Source of the DNA: Acidobacteriota bacterium
Lineage (GTDB): Bacteria > Acidobacteriota > Terriglobia > Terriglobales > Acidobacteriaceae
Length of the DNA stretch: 18,332 nt
Assembly (NCBI GenBank): GCA_023441255.1
Contig: JAEZPW010000356.1
Location: 1 to 18,332, forward strand
Direction of reading: 5' to 3'
The position numbers were made by a program, and so were the translations under genes. This document shows, piece by piece, positions 8,845 to 16,780 of the stretch. Each line of letters starts with the position of its first letter. Position 1 is the first letter of the stretch. Under the pieces are notes generated by a model that saw only the letters and a list, made by a program, of their open reading frames with translations, had not been told where the DNA came from and ran no database searches.

Positions 8845-9258
8845 TCAAGAGCTCTCGCGTACAAGTTCTGCAGTCGGGCTGGGAACGGGTGCGCCCAGCA
8901 GGCGCACAAATTTCTGAGGCGCACAGCAGACGCGGCTTAGGCGAGCGCGATCCTTCTGCATGTCCTTGTCTTCCGTGAGCCAACGCAGCGTATCGATGAG
9001 AACCTGGCGAGCAAACTGGTTCTCCGGAGCCACGATCTTGTAGTGCATCCATTTGCCTTCGCGGCGAGCTTCCACAAGGCCGGTCCGGCGTAAATACGCG
9101 AGATGGCGCGAGATCGTCGGTTGGGGCGCGTCCAGAATCTCCACGAAGTAGCAGACGCAAACCTCCTGTTCGGCCATGAGGTTTAACAATCGCAGCCGAG
9201 TGCGATCTGCCAGCCCTGCAAAGAAGCGTTCCATGACCCCTAGATTCTTGTCCGGCAT
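8845..9258 (-). CDS. arsR: ArsR family metalloregulatory transcriptional repressor
   Basis: [75 protein letters not shown]: winged HTH with the CxC metal-binding signature. GGGAGAT ribosome-binding site precedes ATG at 9258. The track ORF at 9390 is an N-terminal over-extension. Confidence 0.93.
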   Translation of the reverse strand: MPDKNLGVMERFFAGLADRTRLRLLNLMAEQEVCVCYFVEILDAPQPTISRHLAYLRRTGLVEARREGKWMHYKIVAPENQFARQVLIDTLRWLTEDKDMQKDRARLSRVCCAPQKFVRLLGAPVPSPTAELVRESS

Positions 9259-9278
9259 CTTGGATCTCCCAGGCCGAA

Positions 9279-9306
9279 ATGATAGCACACATATTCGCCT
9301 TGACAA
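9279..9306 (-). promoter_or_regulatory. Putative leftward promoter of arsR-acr3-arsC
   Basis: Minus strand: TTGTCA (9306-9301), 16-bp spacer, TATCAT (9284-9279), about 20 bp upstream of the arsR start. Confidence 0.6.
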
Positions 9307-9310
9307 ATAT
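9291..9310. promoter_or_regulatory. Putative ArsR operator O1 (imperfect)
   Basis: ATATTCGC-CTTG-ACAAATAT: 6/8 inverted-repeat positions match the consensus shared with O2. It overlaps both divergent -35 elements. Confidence 0.55.
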
Positions 9311-9329
9311 ATCCAGCTCGGCCTATAGT
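9300..9329 (+). promoter_or_regulatory. Putative rightward promoter of the microprotein-hgcAB unit
   Basis: TTGACA at 9300-9305, 18-bp spacer, TATAGT at 9324-9329. Confidence 0.65.
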
Positions 9330-9339
9330 TCTCTCCATC

Positions 9340-9359
9340 ATATTCGCATACGCGAATAC
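9340..9359. promoter_or_regulatory. Putative ArsR operator O2 (near-perfect palindrome)
   Basis: ATATTCGC-ATAC-GCGAATAC: TATTCGC/GCGAATA is a perfect 7-bp inverted repeat, located just downstream of the rightward -10. Confidence 0.65.
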
Positions 9360-9372
9360 AAGGAGAACGGAG

Positions 9373-9555
9373 ATGGAAAACACGAACCAATCAAACGCGA
9401 TAGTGAGCCGCTTTTTCAAGACAATCGGATTGATCATGGCGGATGTCTGGAACACGGCCCAGACCTGCGGTTTCTGCTGCGGCATCAGGTTCGATCGTGA
9501 AAAGCGCGGCGACGATATGCCCACCCCCAGCAGTTGCTGCGGCGTGCGGGTATAA
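9373..9555 (+). CDS. Small Cys-rich protein (60 aa), first ORF of the hgc unit, unknown function
   Basis: MENTNQSNAIVSRFFKTIGLIMADVWNTAQTCGFCCGIRFDREKRGDDMPTPSSCCGVRV. Preceded by AAGGAG with good spacing, lies between the promoter/operator and hgcA on the same strand, 5 Cys in CxxCC and CC motifs. Confidence 0.7.
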   Translation: MENTNQSNAIVSRFFKTIGLIMADVWNTAQTCGFCCGIRFDREKRGDDMPTPSSCCGVRV

Positions 9556-9596
9556 GGCAGGAACTTAGTTTATTCAGGTGGAAAGAGAAGGTCGCC

Positions 9597-10637
9597 ATGA
9601 GCCAAACATCTTGCGGTTGCAGCTCCGCCACATGCCAGATCTCGCCTGCACCGGTCGGAACCGAGCCGATCGCCGGAACATTAGACACCAGAGCCTCCTG
9701 GCGCGACGTGCTAGGCGGCTGGAAAGCTCGCTGGGGCATCGGGCGCATGCGCTATCAAGTTCCGGCGGGGCTGTACCGGGTCGGTCAGCCGAACGCTGAT
9801 TCGCCGGTTCTTGTCACGGCCAACTACAAACTGACGGTCGACAAAGTCCGAAAAGAACTGGGTGGCTTGAACACCTGGCTTCTGGTCCTCGAAACAAAGG
9901 GTGTGAACGTGTGGTGTGCCGCCGGTAAAGGGACATTCGGCACCGACGAACTGGTTCGCCGCATCCGGGCTGTCAATCTGAAAGACATCGTCAGGCACCG
10001 CAAACTTGTGTTGCCGCAACTTGGCGCAACTGGCGTGGCGGCACATAAGGTGAAACGCGCGACCGGGTTCTCCGTTCATTACGGACCTGTCCGGGCACGC
10101 GACATCCAGGAGTACCTGGCAGCAGGAATGAAGGCCACCGTAGCCATGCGGCGCGTCACGTTCACCTGGAAAGAGCGCATCGTGCTGACCCCAGTCGAGA
10201 TTGTTGGCGGCATGAAATGGGCGCTCGTAGCTGCGGCTGTGCTCGCCATCCTCGACGTCATTCGCCATCATCATCTCACCCTGCATCTCGCCATCGACAT
10301 TGTGCCCTTTGTCGCTGCTGTTCTTACTGGCGGAGTATTGGTCCCGTTGTTTCTTCCTTTGCTGCCGTTCAGGGCATTTGCTCTGAAGGGAGCCGTCGCG
10401 GGAATCATGCTGGCCATTGCCTTGCTGTTGTTGCTGCCGATGGGAGGCCTCACCGAGGCCGCTGGAGTGGTACTTATCACCCTGGCCATAACTTCCTACA
10501 TGGCCATGATGTTCACTGGCTCGACGACGTTCACAACACTCGCCGGGGCCAAACTCGAAGTCCATCACGCCTTGCGTCCAATACTGATCTCCGCAGGGAC
10601 GGGAGCCGTACTTCGCGTAGCTGCAGCATTCGTCTAG
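9597..10637 (+). CDS. hgcA: Mercury methylation corrinoid protein HgcA
   Basis: 346 aa from ATG 9597 (preceded by GGTGGAAAGAGAAGG): GGWKARWGIGRMRYQVPAGLYRVGQPNADSPVLVTANYKLTVDKVRKELGGLNTWLLVLETKGVNVWCAAGKGTFGTDELVRRI...RHRKLVLPQLGATGVAAHKVKRATGFSVHYGPVRARDI, with the signature NVWCAAGK cap helix (Cys codon 9915-9917), plus a C-terminal multi-TM domain. Confidence 0.96.
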   Translation: MSQTSCGCSSATCQISPAPVGTEPIAGTLDTRASWRDVLGGWKARWGIGRMRYQVPAGLYRVGQPNADSPVLVTANYKLTVDKVRKELGGLNTWLLVLETKGVNVWCAAGKGTFGTDELVRRIRAVNLKDIVRHRKLVLPQLGATGVAAHKVKRATGFSVHYGPVRARDIQEYLAAGMKATVAMRRVTFTWKERIVLTPVEIVGGMKWALVAAAVLAILDVIRHHHLTLHLAIDIVPFVAAVLTGGVLVPLFLPLLPFRAFALKGAVAGIMLAIALLLLLPMGGLTEAAGVVLITLAITSYMAMMFTGSTTFTTLAGAKLEVHHALRPILISAGTGAVLRVAAAFV

Positions 10638-10650
10638 AGAGGGGACAATC

Positions 10651-10926
10651 ATGCGCTATCTACTGAATGGTCACTCGCTCGTTCTCGACGCGGCACTTTG
10701 CAGCGGTTGCGGCCGATGCGAGGAGGTCTGCCCACATGCAGTGTTCTCTATCGTGAATCGCAAAGCCGTGATTGCCAAGCGAGAGAACTGCATGGAGTGC
10801 GGGGCGTGTCGGATGAACTGTCCCGCCAATGCTATCGAAGTATCGGCCGGCGTCGGCTGCGCCGCAGCCATCATCAACAGCATGCGTGGCAAAAACAATG
10901 GATGCGTGAGCTGCGATTGCGGGTAA
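10651..10926 (+). CDS. hgcB: HgcB, mercury methylation ferredoxin partner
   Basis: 91 aa with CSGCGRCEEVCP and NCMECGACRMNCP [4Fe-4S] motifs, an additional GVGCAAAI Cys, and a Cys-rich C-terminus (GCVSCDCG). Starts 13 bp after the hgcA stop. Confidence 0.95.
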   Translation: MRYLLNGHSLVLDAALCSGCGRCEEVCPHAVFSIVNRKAVIAKRENCMECGACRMNCPANAIEVSAGVGCAAAIINSMRGKNNGCVSCDCG

Positions 10927-11101
10927 GACGCAGATCCAACCTGTATCCTTTTTCTTTCTGTGTTCGTCCTCGCAATTCTGACGCTAGCTTCTCAGTGACT
11001 AGGGCACCAAATGCGAGCCAGTACCCGGAATGTACCGAAGCTCACCGGTGAATTACTCAGCCCACGCCCCGTTCTGCCGTTGCGGACGGCGGGACGCAGA
11101 C

Positions 11102-12874
11102 TCATGCCGCAGAGGTTTCGTGCGATCCCGAGCCGGAATCGCGATTGAGGCATTCTCGTACCGTGCTGATGAGTGTCTCCGGCCTTACTGGCTTCCAAAT
11201 GATTACATCCGCGGCCCCTTGATCGATCAGGTCGGTATAACCGGAAAAATAGACGACTTTGGCGTCGGGGCGAGACTCCCGGATAATCCGGGCTGCTTCC
11301 GGGCCATTCATCCGGGGCATGACAACATCGGTCAACACCAGGTCTATCTCTCCCTGGTGCGCCTGGGCAATGTCAACGGCTTGAAGTCCATCCCTCGCCG
11401 GCAATATCGTCAAGCCCTTAGCTCTAAGGATCTCGGCCATCATCTCGCGAACGGCGTCCATGTCTTCAACGAGCAGGACCGTCCCGGTCATCGCATGTGG
11501 CGTGGCAGTCGGGAGATCATTCTGTCCTTCAGCTCTCTTGTGCGGCACGCGCGGGAACTGTAGCGTGAAGCGCGTACCTTCGTTGACGTGACTTGTTACT
11601 GAGATTTCGCCGCCGCTCTGTTTCACGATTCCGTAGACCGTTGACAACCCCAGGCCCGTGCCGCCGGTTCGCTGTTTTGTGGTGAAGAACGGCTCGAAGA
11701 TGCGCTCTTTTGTCGCTTCATCCATTCCGGAACCGGAGTCGCTAATGGCCAGGTAGGCATGCTCGCCTGTCGTCCCACGTTCGACCGTGGCAAGTTCGTC
11801 CTTCGCATGGCCTACTTCAAGCGTCAAGGTCCCACCTCCAGGCATCGCGTCCTGGGCGTTAACCACGAGGTTGATGATCGCTTGTTCGAGTTGCGATCGA
11901 TCCACCTCGATGCACTCTTCTTCCTGGCTGGAACTGACGTGCAGCTCGATATTGTCGCTGAGGAGTTGGCGCAATTCGGGCTGCATCTCACCAAGCACAA
12001 CATTCAGATCGATAGGCTCCCGGCGCAGAGTCTGCTTACGGCTGAACGCGAGCAGTTGCGCAACGAGCTTGCGGGCTCGATCCGCGGCTTTCAATATCTG
12101 TTCAGCGCGTTTCGGCACCTCGTCGAGGTTGGCGCTCGTCCCAATCATGCTCGCATAACCCACGATGATCGCAAGCTCATTGTTGAAGTTGTGAGCCACC
12201 CCGCCCGCGAGTTGCCCGAGCGCGTTGATCTTCTGGGAGTGCAAAAGCTGTTCCGTGAGCTTCGCGCGCTCTTCCTCGCTCTTGGTCAATTCTGAGATAT
12301 CTACAAAGTATGCGGTTCTCTCATTCATTTGCCCCAATAGGGCCAGGCCGCCGATTATCGGGACGCGCGAACCATCTCTTCTCAGCAGCTCGAACCTGTG
12401 GAGTTCGGTCCGGCCGTGCGCCTGCAACTCCTCCTGCGCCTGCTCCATCGTGAAGGCGCACTCTCTGGAAACGAGCGTCCACACATCCGTTCCGATCAAT
12501 TCCGCGCGGTCGTAGCCCAGGAGCTGGCACAGGGCCTCGTTTGCGTACTCGATCTTCTTGTCCTCGCCCCAGGACGCAATCCCGATCAGCCCCGACTCTC
12601 GTAGTAGTTGCAGCTTGGACTCTGCGATCAGACGCTGCGAGACTTCGTCCCGTTCCATCGAACGTATCGCCAGAAGCAGCAGAGCGCCACTTACGGCTAC
12701 ATACAACAAGCCCTTTCCTGTTTGGAGCAGCCAAAAGTGCCGGGTGCCGGCGACGAGCTGCAACACGTAATCAGACAACACCACCCAGAACGCAGACCAG
12801 ACCACGAACGCTACGGCTGTGCGCGTCGCTCGTGACCGCATGGTCAAGGGGAATGTTAGGTCCCGTCGCCGCAT
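11102..12874 (-). CDS. Membrane-anchored PAS hybrid sensor histidine kinase with C-terminal receiver domain
   Basis: TM N-terminus; PAS (NEALCQLLGYDRAELIGTDVW); H-box LGQLAGGVAHNFNNELAIIVGYASMI; N-box NLVVNAQDAMPGGGTL; G-boxes SDSGSGMDEATKERIFEPFFTTKQRTGGTGLGLSTVYGIVKQSGG; receiver VLLVEDMDAVREMMAEILRAKG...DLVLTDVVMPRMNG...IIWKPV. Confidence 0.95.
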   Translation of the reverse strand: MRRRDLTFPLTMRSRATRTAVAFVVWSAFWVVLSDYVLQLVAGTRHFWLLQTGKGLLYVAVSGALLLLAIRSMERDEVSQRLIAESKLQLLRESGLIGIASWGEDKKIEYANEALCQLLGYDRAELIGTDVWTLVSRECAFTMEQAQEELQAHGRTELHRFELLRRDGSRVPIIGGLALLGQMNERTAYFVDISELTKSEEERAKLTEQLLHSQKINALGQLAGGVAHNFNNELAIIVGYASMIGTSANLDEVPKRAEQILKAADRARKLVAQLLAFSRKQTLRREPIDLNVVLGEMQPELRQLLSDNIELHVSSSQEEECIEVDRSQLEQAIINLVVNAQDAMPGGGTLTLEVGHAKDELATVERGTTGEHAYLAISDSGSGMDEATKERIFEPFFTTKQRTGGTGLGLSTVYGIVKQSGGEISVTSHVNEGTRFTLQFPRVPHKRAEGQNDLPTATPHAMTGTVLLVEDMDAVREMMAEILRAKGLTILPARDGLQAVDIAQAHQGEIDLVLTDVVMPRMNGPEAARIIRESRPDAKVVYFSGYTDLIDQGAADVIIWKPVRPETLISTVRECLNRDSGSGSHETSAA

Positions 12875-13363
12875 AGTGGCCTTCCAGTGCTCCGAGTGAG
12901 ATGCCGTTCTCGCGGACGCTGGCCAACTCTATACCACCGTAGTGCAGGTATGGATTTGTCGCCTGTGACAAATTGAACATTGGCTCCGATTCATGCGTCA
13001 TCGTGCACCATGAATACGCGGATACACGTGAAGCGCATGGACTCGCAACTCTCATTATCTATGGCGCAGCACTCGATTTGTTGAGGGGTAGTCATACCGC
13101 CTGCGATATGTCGGGTTCCTGATGACGGCGTGTGCAGCTGTAAACCGTTGTCATTGCCGGTCGATATCGGGGGGGCACTCTGGTCAGAGCACGTTTTCAT
13201 CACCCACGGCCACGCATCTAATCGGGCAAAGTGAAAAGGAGCGGGTTGCTCTTCGATTCTCCTTCTTCCGGGAGGACGACCTTCGGCGCGCACGACTCCA
13301 CGAGCAACGAGCCAATCTGTGATCCCTCGCCAAAGCCGTTTGTAAGGAGGCGGATAACGAGAG

Positions 13364-13630
13364 ATGGCAAATACCAGGTACTTTCACCCTCAGGAACTCC
13401 GAACACACGATCACAAGGGAAAGGTTAGGAACGCAGTCGTCTTCGGGACAGTAAACCGTCGGTCAAAAGATCACTTACCCGCAATACAGCACCCTGAACA
13501 GTTCATGGCTCTATTTCCGGAGGGCGTACGCGGACCTGTAACGCGTCGCGTGCGATTGGATGAAGCGCCCGGATGCTGCCTCAAAACCGCGCAATCTGGA
13601 ACGGTACTGCAGATGAGCCGCGCGGCCTGA
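13364..13630 (+). CDS. Hypothetical small protein (weakly supported)
   Basis: 88-aa ORF in the same orientation as the downstream cluster and ending just before the cyclase gene. No family recognised; ribosome-binding site only weak. Confidence 0.3.
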   Translation: MANTRYFHPQELRTHDHKGKVRNAVVFGTVNRRSKDHLPAIQHPEQFMALFPEGVRGPVTRRVRLDEAPGCCLKTAQSGTVLQMSRAA

Positions 13631-13642
13631 TGGAGGATGTAC

Positions 13643-14308
13643 GTGACACAGCCACAGACAACGACTTCTAGGGAGAGATCAGGTAAATGGCTCGATATCT
13701 CCATGCCGATCCATCCTGGGATGGTTGTTTTTCCTGACAATCCATCCATCGAAATCGACACGATCGCTCACGTAGATCGAGGAGATAACTACACACTTTC
13801 CGAGCTCACGATGGGGAGTCACACGGGAACTCACATCGATGCGCCGATTCACTTCTTGCCCGGCGGAGCCACCGCCGAGGAAGTTCCTTTAGAACATCTG
13901 ATCGGGCCTGCACGCGTGATCGAGATCAAAGATCCCGACGCCGTCAAAGCTGAGGAGCTTCGGGTCCACAACTTAGGTGATCGCGAGCGTCTGCTGTTTA
14001 AGACGTCTAACTCGCAGCGGTTCTCGACCAGTTCTGAATTCGTTCACGACTTCGTATACATCGCCGAGGATGCCGCTTCCTATCTCGCCAGCCTGAACAC
14101 ATTGGCGGTGGGCATCGACTCTCTATCGGCAGGTAACCCCGAAACACACCGAACGCTTCTCAGGGCGGGTGTCGTGATCGTTGAAGGATTGAACCTGACA
14201 GGCATTTCTCAGGGTCGCTACGAGTTGTTATGCCTTCCTCTAAAGATTTTAGGAGGCGATGGGGCACCCGCGCGAGCTTTGCTGAGAGTCTCCGACGCTG
14301 CCGCTTAG
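13643..14308 (+). CDS. Cyclase family protein (kynurenine formamidase-like metal-dependent hydrolase)
   Basis: GKWLDISMPIHPGMVVFPDNPSIEI...SELTMGSHTGTHIDAPIHFLPGG: cyclase-family HxGTHxDxPxH motif; C-terminus EGLNLTGISQGRYELLCLPLKILGGDGAPARALLR. GTG at 13643 is better spaced from GGAGG (13632-13636) than ATG at 13637. Confidence 0.88.
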   Translation: MTQPQTTTSRERSGKWLDISMPIHPGMVVFPDNPSIEIDTIAHVDRGDNYTLSELTMGSHTGTHIDAPIHFLPGGATAEEVPLEHLIGPARVIEIKDPDAVKAEELRVHNLGDRERLLFKTSNSQRFSTSSEFVHDFVYIAEDAASYLASLNTLAVGIDSLSAGNPETHRTLLRAGVVIVEGLNLTGISQGRYELLCLPLKILGGDGAPARALLRVSDAAA

Positions 14309-14357
14309 ACCAAAGGCTGCGTAGGAGAGCGAGAACCAAGAGACACGGAGATGGCTG

Positions 14358-14696
14358 ATGACAGCACATGAGGTCTTCCAACAGCACCAATTTCAGAAGT
14401 ATGAACCACTCCTGCGCGGAGTCACTGGAACCTATCTATTCGAGATTGAGCATGCTGGATACTGGTTCATTGCTGTTCGGGACGGCGCGATCCGGATCGA
14501 AGAGGTTCCGCACGATGCAGACTGCACGATCTGCTGTGATGAACCCGATTTTATCGACATTATCGAGGGGCACCGTAACCTGATCACGGCCGCTATGCAG
14601 GATCGCGTCAAGATCCGCGGCGACATCACACTGGCGCAAAAGTTTCATGGACTAGTCACTGCCATGGTTGACAGCAAGAGACAGGAGGCAGCATGA
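14358..14696 (+). CDS. Small SCP2 sterol-binding-like domain protein
   Basis: 112 aa: FEIEHAGYWFIAVRDGAIRIEEVPHDADCTICCDEPDFIDIIEGHRNLITAAMQDRVKIRGDITLAQKFHGLV resembles the SCP2-like fold core. 4-nt ATGA overlap with the next gene. Confidence 0.75.
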   Translation: MTAHEVFQQHQFQKYEPLLRGVTGTYLFEIEHAGYWFIAVRDGAIRIEEVPHDADCTICCDEPDFIDIIEGHRNLITAAMQDRVKIRGDITLAQKFHGLVTAMVDSKRQEAA

Positions 14697-16738
14697 GAGC
14701 GAATCCAGTGAGCATTCTGGAAGGCGACACGTTCGTTGTAAGTGACCGCCGCGGCGATATTTCCGCCTCTCCGGACGAAGCACTGGGCTTGTTTCAAGGA
14801 GACACCCGGTTCCTGTCTCATTGGGTCTTGACTGTGAATGGGGCGCTGCCCAACACACTTTCGACTGATGACGTTAACTACTTCTCATCTCAATTCTTTC
14901 TCGTACCCGGCACGGCAACGGTATATGTGGACTCTCCGATGTCTATCGTGCGACAACGCGCGGTTGGCGGAGGATTTCACGAAGACCTCAAGATCACAAA
15001 CCACAAGCCCACGCCACTTGACCTGGATATCAGGATCGACGCCGACGCAGACTTCGCCGATCTGTTCCAGGTGAAGGACGCGCAGATGAAGCGTGTTGGC
15101 AAGTTCTACAAACGCGTCGATGGTAATCGCCTTGTTCTCGGATACAGGAGGGAGAAGTTCGTAAGGGAAACCTGGGTAACAGCCAGCGCTCCTGCCGAAG
15201 TAGATGAAAAAGGATTTCGCTTCCGTGTACACCTTGAGCCGCACGGCGAATGGCATACCGGGCTGGATGTGCTGGCCGCGGTCGATGGCACCGAAGCCAT
15301 GAAGAGGACGCCGAAATACAAAGACGTGCACGACACTCCAACTCCGAATGTCGGGATGAGCTTAAAAAGTTGGATGGCCGGTGCACCCCAACTTCATTCG
15401 TCCTGGACCGATCTCGAGAAAATTTACGAACGGTCATTGGTCGACTTGGCTGCACTACGGTTCTTCTCGCCTTATGCGCCCGGAGAAGCGCTTCCCGCTG
15501 CCGGCCTTCCCTGGTTCATGGCGCTCTTCGGCAGAGACAGTCTCATCACGAGTTTCCAGGCGCTCCCGTTTGTGCCCGAGCTCGCTTCGACGACGATCCG
15601 AGTACTCGCGATGCGGCAGGGTACGCGGCTCGATGATTTCCGCGAGGAAGAGCCGGGAAAAATACTGCATGAGTCGCGCATGGGTGAGATGACGGCGTTC
15701 GAGGAACGGCCTCATTCACCCTACTTCGGAACTGCCGACGCTACTCCATTGTTCCTCGTCCTGATGGACGAGTTTGAACGATGGTCTGGAAAACACGATT
15801 TGGTCACAAGATTCGAAGCGGAGGCAAGAGCAGCCCTGCGATGGATCGATGAATATGGCGACCGCGACGGCGACGGCTACATTGAGTACGAACGGCGAAA
15901 TAAAGAGACGGGCCTCGAGAACCAGTGCTGGAAAGATTCGTGGGACTCTATTCGGTTCAGCGATGGAACGCTCGCGTCATACCCGATTGCGACTTGTGAG
16001 ATCCAGGGCTACGCTTACGATGCCAAGCGCAGATGCGCCAGGTTGGCGCGCGAGTTCTGGGGTGATACGGACCTGGCAAACCGACTGGAACAACAAGCCG
16101 CCGAACTGAAACACAACTTCAACCGCGATTTCTGGATTCCGGAAAAACAATTCTTCGCGCTGGCTCTCGATGGCCAGAAACGCAAGGTTGATTCACTAAC
16201 CTCGAACGTAGGCCACCTGCTGTGGAGCGGGATCGTCGATGACGACAAGGCAGAGGCGTGTGCGCGCCATCTGGTTGGACCGCGACTGTTTTCAGGTTGG
16301 GGCGTTCGCACCATGGCCGACAACGAGGGCGGTTACAATCCCCTCGGTTATCACGTAGGAACAGTGTGGCCGTTCGATACCTCGCTCGTCGCTCTTGGAT
16401 TGCGAAGTTATGGTTTTAAAAAGGAAGCGGCAAAAATAGCTTTGGCAAACCTCGAGGCCGCCCGCTATTTCCAATATCGACTGCCGGAGGCATTTGCAGG
16501 CTACTCCAGAGCAGAAACGGACTTTCCTGTCGAATATCCAACAGCCTGCAGCCCGCAAGCATGGTCCGCAGGCGCTCCCTTGTTGTTTCTGCGCACGCTC
16601 TTAGGTTTGCAACCGGTCGGTAATCATCTTCTGGTCGACCCCGCAGTGCCAAAACAAATCGAATGGATTGAACTATTAGGTATTCCTGGCCGCTGGGACC
16701 ACGCTGACGCTTTCGCACGGGGTCTACTCGATGTCTGA
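14693..16738 (+). CDS. Amylo-alpha-1,6-glucosidase / glycogen debranching-enzyme family protein
   Basis: 681 aa: SILEGDTFVVSDRRGDISASPDEALGLFQGDTRFLSHWVLTVNG (GDE N-terminal type domain) ... LPWFMALFGRDSLITSFQALPF ... NQCWKDSWDSIRFSDG ... YNPLGYHVGTVWPFDTSLVALGL. Confidence 0.93.
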   Translation: MRANPVSILEGDTFVVSDRRGDISASPDEALGLFQGDTRFLSHWVLTVNGALPNTLSTDDVNYFSSQFFLVPGTATVYVDSPMSIVRQRAVGGGFHEDLKITNHKPTPLDLDIRIDADADFADLFQVKDAQMKRVGKFYKRVDGNRLVLGYRREKFVRETWVTASAPAEVDEKGFRFRVHLEPHGEWHTGLDVLAAVDGTEAMKRTPKYKDVHDTPTPNVGMSLKSWMAGAPQLHSSWTDLEKIYERSLVDLAALRFFSPYAPGEALPAAGLPWFMALFGRDSLITSFQALPFVPELASTTIRVLAMRQGTRLDDFREEEPGKILHESRMGEMTAFEERPHSPYFGTADATPLFLVLMDEFERWSGKHDLVTRFEAEARAALRWIDEYGDRDGDGYIEYERRNKETGLENQCWKDSWDSIRFSDGTLASYPIATCEIQGYAYDAKRRCARLAREFWGDTDLANRLEQQAAELKHNFNRDFWIPEKQFFALALDGQKRKVDSLTSNVGHLLWSGIVDDDKAEACARHLVGPRLFSGWGVRTMADNEGGYNPLGYHVGTVWPFDTSLVALGLRSYGFKKEAAKIALANLEAARYFQYRLPEAFAGYSRAETDFPVEYPTACSPQAWSAGAPLLFLRTLLGLQPVGNHLLVDPAVPKQIEWIELLGIPGRWDHADAFARGLLDV

Positions 16739-16780
16739 AACCATACAACGACGTGTTCAGGAGAATGACGGAGGTACTTT

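Noticed and set aside
8844-8924. 27-aa N-terminal extension of ACR3 in the track ORF
   Set aside because: It would overlap arsR, and MSETTRR at 8843 matches normal family start architecture.
9259-9390. 44-aa N-terminal extension of ArsR in the track ORF
   Set aside because: It runs through promoter/operator elements. The ATG at 9258 has a good ribosome-binding site and fits normal ArsR family length.
9240-9524. Minus-strand 94-aa ORF covering the ars/hgc intergenic region and the microprotein
   Set aside because: It overlaps arsR and the putative promoters/operators and lacks a domain. The plus-strand 60-aa ORF has the better ribosome-binding site and genomic logic.
10217-10666. 149-aa plus-strand ORF overlapping the hgcA 3' end
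   Set aside because: Out-of-frame with hgcA, Arg/Ser/His-rich, no domain; hgcA is coherent throughout.
12877-13363. Possible small genes or a mobile-element remnant in the gap between the kinase and the rightward cluster
   Set aside because: ORFs at 12991-13293, 13122-13322, 13184-13414 and 13231-13428 conflict with each other and have no recognised domain. No terminal inverted repeats or transposase motif were seen.
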